Origin: Ardenticatenaceae bacterium
GTDB lineage: Bacteria; Chloroflexota; Anaerolineae; Ardenticatenales; Ardenticatenaceae
Assembly: GCA_036386615.1 (NCBI GenBank)
Contig: DASVVH010000213.1
Span: forward strand, 1-35,922
DNA length: 35,922 bases
Direction of reading: 5' to 3'
Both the position numbers and the translations under genes were made by a program. The first letter of the stretch is position 1, and each line of letters starts with the position of its first letter. The notes beneath the pieces were generated by a model that had not been told where the DNA came from, did no database searches, and worked only from the letters and a program-made list of their open reading frames with translations. Shown here piece after piece: positions 33,927 through 35,922 of the stretch.

Positions 33927-34181
33927 TAAGTAAGAAGGCACAGCTTCGCCCTTCGCGGGGAACATAAAAACGGGAGCCCCGACGAACCTTCCGGCAATCC
34001 ATCGTTTCGGATGAAAAGACCAGCAAATCCGTTGGGGCGTCCCTTACCTCTATGAAGAAGACTCCGAAGAGAACTTATTCCTAAAGGCTGATTACAGTAT
34101 AAGGGCTGAATCTCCGCCTGTCAACCCTTTTATGTCTACCTGAGCGGCCAATCTGGATGAAGATTTCTGCATCCCGGACAA

Positions 34182-34436
34182 TCAGCCGCCCGGTATCTCG
34201 TCGGCGGGGTCAATACCCATGTTCTCGTCCTCGCCCTCGGTGAGCAGGGTGGGGCCGCGCATGGGCGGCGTGACGAGGCTCGTCTCCGTGTCCACCGCGC
34301 CCAGATGGGCACTCATTTCCTCTTCTGGTTCCGCCACGCGCTCCGTGCCCTCGTGGGTCACGTCATGCTGGTGCAACTCCTCGCGCACGTCGGCGGGATA
34401 CTCTTCCGGCGAATTGGGGACGTTAAGGTCGGTCAT
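34182..34436 (-). CDS. Small acidic hypothetical protein
   Basis: An 84-aa ORF with GGAGAGAGGA 5 nt upstream of its ATG. I recognise no family. Confidence 0.5.
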   Translation of the reverse strand: MTDLNVPNSPEEYPADVREELHQHDVTHEGTERVAEPEEEMSAHLGAVDTETSLVTPPMRGPTLLTEGEDENMGIDPADEIPGG

Positions 34437-34507
34437 TGGGTTCCTCTCTCCATTGATAGCTCCAGCCCTGCGAGCAAGCTGAATACCTGAACCTTAGCGC
34501 GGAAGGC

Positions 34508-34903
34508 TCAACCCGTCCAGCCCTGCGGCAGGGCATTCACGCCCAGCACAATCAGCACGAGCACGCCCAGCAGCACGAAGAAGTTGTTGCGCGCCCGCAC
34601 CGCGACCTCGGCCTTCCTCCACCGCGCCGAGAGGTGCGCCACAAAAACCGCGACGAGCATTGTAATCGCGTGCTCGATTTGGTGCCGCGCGAAGCCCCCG
34701 CCCCTCACGCCCATCCACACAATCAGGATGATGCCGAGCAGCACCTGCGTGTCCAGCACGCCGAGGAAGACCGTCATCAGCCTGCGGTCCATGCCCGAAT
34801 CGCTGGGGCGCAGCCACGCCAGCAACAGCACGATAGCCGTTACGGCCATCACCGCGACGAGAACCCATCGTAAAAGCGAGTGTAGCGTCAGCAAAATATC
34901 CAT
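34508..34903 (-). CDS. Small integral membrane protein (4 predicted TM helices)
   Basis: MDILLTLHSLLRWVLV... is followed by four hydrophobic segments. ATG 34903 has AAGGA upstream. Confidence 0.65.
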   Translation of the reverse strand: MDILLTLHSLLRWVLVAVMAVTAIVLLLAWLRPSDSGMDRRLMTVFLGVLDTQVLLGIILIVWMGVRGGGFARHQIEHAITMLVAVFVAHLSARWRKAEVAVRARNNFFVLLGVLVLIVLGVNALPQGWTG

Positions 34904-35118
34904 TCGTTTGTCCTTTCGTTTGATGGTGCCGCGCAAGCGTACCCTAAACTACTCGCGGTGAAAAGGCGCGCAACCCCAGCCGCGCGGCCCGCGTAAGGAG
35001 AGTAGCGGCAACCGCTATGATGCGGTAAACTGTGGCTGCAACGTGCTCTCAAGGCACGTCCCTTGTCGTGTCCGTGTTACCAATCTTTCTAAACGGAAAA
35101 TCCTGAAAGGAGCGCGCC

Positions 35119-35841
35119 GTGCAAACTGAAATTCTCTATCGTCCCGCTTACTCCCTCACCCGCGTCCGCCTGGACCCCAACGAGGAAATTCGCGTCGAGG
35201 CAGGCTCGATGGTCAGCATGTCCACTGGCGTCACCGTCGAGACGGCGATGCAGGGTGGCCTGCTCAAATCCATAGCCCGCTCGATGTTCGGCGGCGAGTC
35301 CTTCTTCGTCAACACCTACCGGGCACCTGCCGAGGGCGGCGAGATTAACCTCGCGCCGCCGCTCCCCGGCGACATGGAGGTGCTGCACCTGGAAAACGAG
35401 ACGCTGATGGTCCAGTCGGGGGCCTTCGTCGCCTCCGCCAAGAGCATAACGACGGAGACGGGCTGGGGCGGGGCCAAGACCTTCTTCGCCTCCGAGGGCT
35501 TCATCATGCTCAAGGTGTCGGGAACGGGCGAACTGATGCTCTCCAGCTACGGGGCCATCCACGACATGAGCCTCGGCGCGGGCGAGCGCTACACGGTGGA
35601 CACAGGCCACCTCGTCGCCTTCACAGAGGGGATGGGCTTCGCGGTACGCCGCATCGGCGGCGTGAAATCCACGCTCTTCAGTGGCGAGGGGTTGGTGGTG
35701 GACCTCACGGGGCCGGGCCGCGTGCTGATGCAGACGCGCTCCGCCGACGCCTTCCTCTCGTGGCTGACGCCCAAGCTGCCGACGCAAGGCTCCGGCAGCA
35801 GCGGCAATCAGGGCGGCTTCAACATCAAGCTTGGCGGCTGA
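35119..35841 (+). CDS. AIM24/TIGR00266 (DUF124) family protein
   Basis: The sequence reads EAGSMVSM...GGESFFVNTY...GGEINLAPPLPGD...QSGAFVAS...GEGLVVDLTGPGRVLMQTRS. The GTG start has AAAGGAG upstream. Confidence 0.85.
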   Translation: MQTEILYRPAYSLTRVRLDPNEEIRVEAGSMVSMSTGVTVETAMQGGLLKSIARSMFGGESFFVNTYRAPAEGGEINLAPPLPGDMEVLHLENETLMVQSGAFVASAKSITTETGWGGAKTFFASEGFIMLKVSGTGELMLSSYGAIHDMSLGAGERYTVDTGHLVAFTEGMGFAVRRIGGVKSTLFSGEGLVVDLTGPGRVLMQTRSADAFLSWLTPKLPTQGSGSSGNQGGFNIKLGG

Positions 35842-35922
35842 CGCCAGGAGTAAAAGGGCAGGGGAGGCAGAGCGCTCTGCCTCCCCTGCCCTTTTACTCC
35901 TGGCGTCAGCCGCCAAGCTTGA
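35825..35922. repeat. Perfect 98-bp palindrome (49-bp arms, no loop) reaching the window end, with a terminator-like GC hairpin at its core
   Basis: Positions 35873-k and 35874+k are complementary for k=0..48. The left arm includes the last 17 nt of the AIM24 CDS. The core, aaaagggcaggggaggcagagc|gctctgcctcccctgcccttttac, looks like a bidirectional terminator. Confidence 0.9.

Overview
High-GC bacterial chromosomal segment. Hand counts give about 63% G+C in a coding line, against 30-42% in a few local islands. Most genes are on the minus strand. I cannot assign a taxon from sequence alone; the Pro/Thr linkers, PA14 and lamin-tail exoproteins and the abundance of PAS/GAF kinases suggest a Chloroflexota- or Actinomycetota-like organism, but that is only an impression.

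Core content:
- A biotin-dependent acyl-CoA carboxylase alpha chain split into two translationally coupled ORFs, and an SDR oxidoreductase.
- korAB (2-oxoacid:ferredoxin oxidoreductase) and hpt.
- A run of RNA-modification genes: a TrmH-family methyltransferase, rlmE, an RlmI-like methyltransferase and an HD hydrolase.
- A dense signalling block: a 7TM-GAF histidine kinase with a CheY-like receiver, two tandem paralogous PAS/GAF kinases (one with a CHASE sensor), a PAS-GAF-GGDEF-EAL protein and two convergent MgtC/SapB genes.
- Two large secreted repeat proteins.

Accessory or unusual content:
1. A roughly 1-kb low-GC single-gene island encoding an orphan protein with a HEPN-type RNxxxH motif. 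This is my best candidate for an undescribed toxin or defence-like module.
2. A BrnT/BrnA toxin-antitoxin pair.
3. Families of mosaic intergenic repeats built from 7-10-nt tandem tracts, at five loci. They include a MITE-like element with 15-bp terminal inverted repeats and a 9-bp target-site duplication.
4. A promoter, structured leader and intrinsic terminator upstream of korAB.
5. A perfect 98-bp palindrome running into the window end, probably a fold-back assembly artefact around a real terminator.

I recognised no rRNA, tRNA or CRISPR array. Many long antisense ORFs in the track are GC-driven shadows and are rejected.
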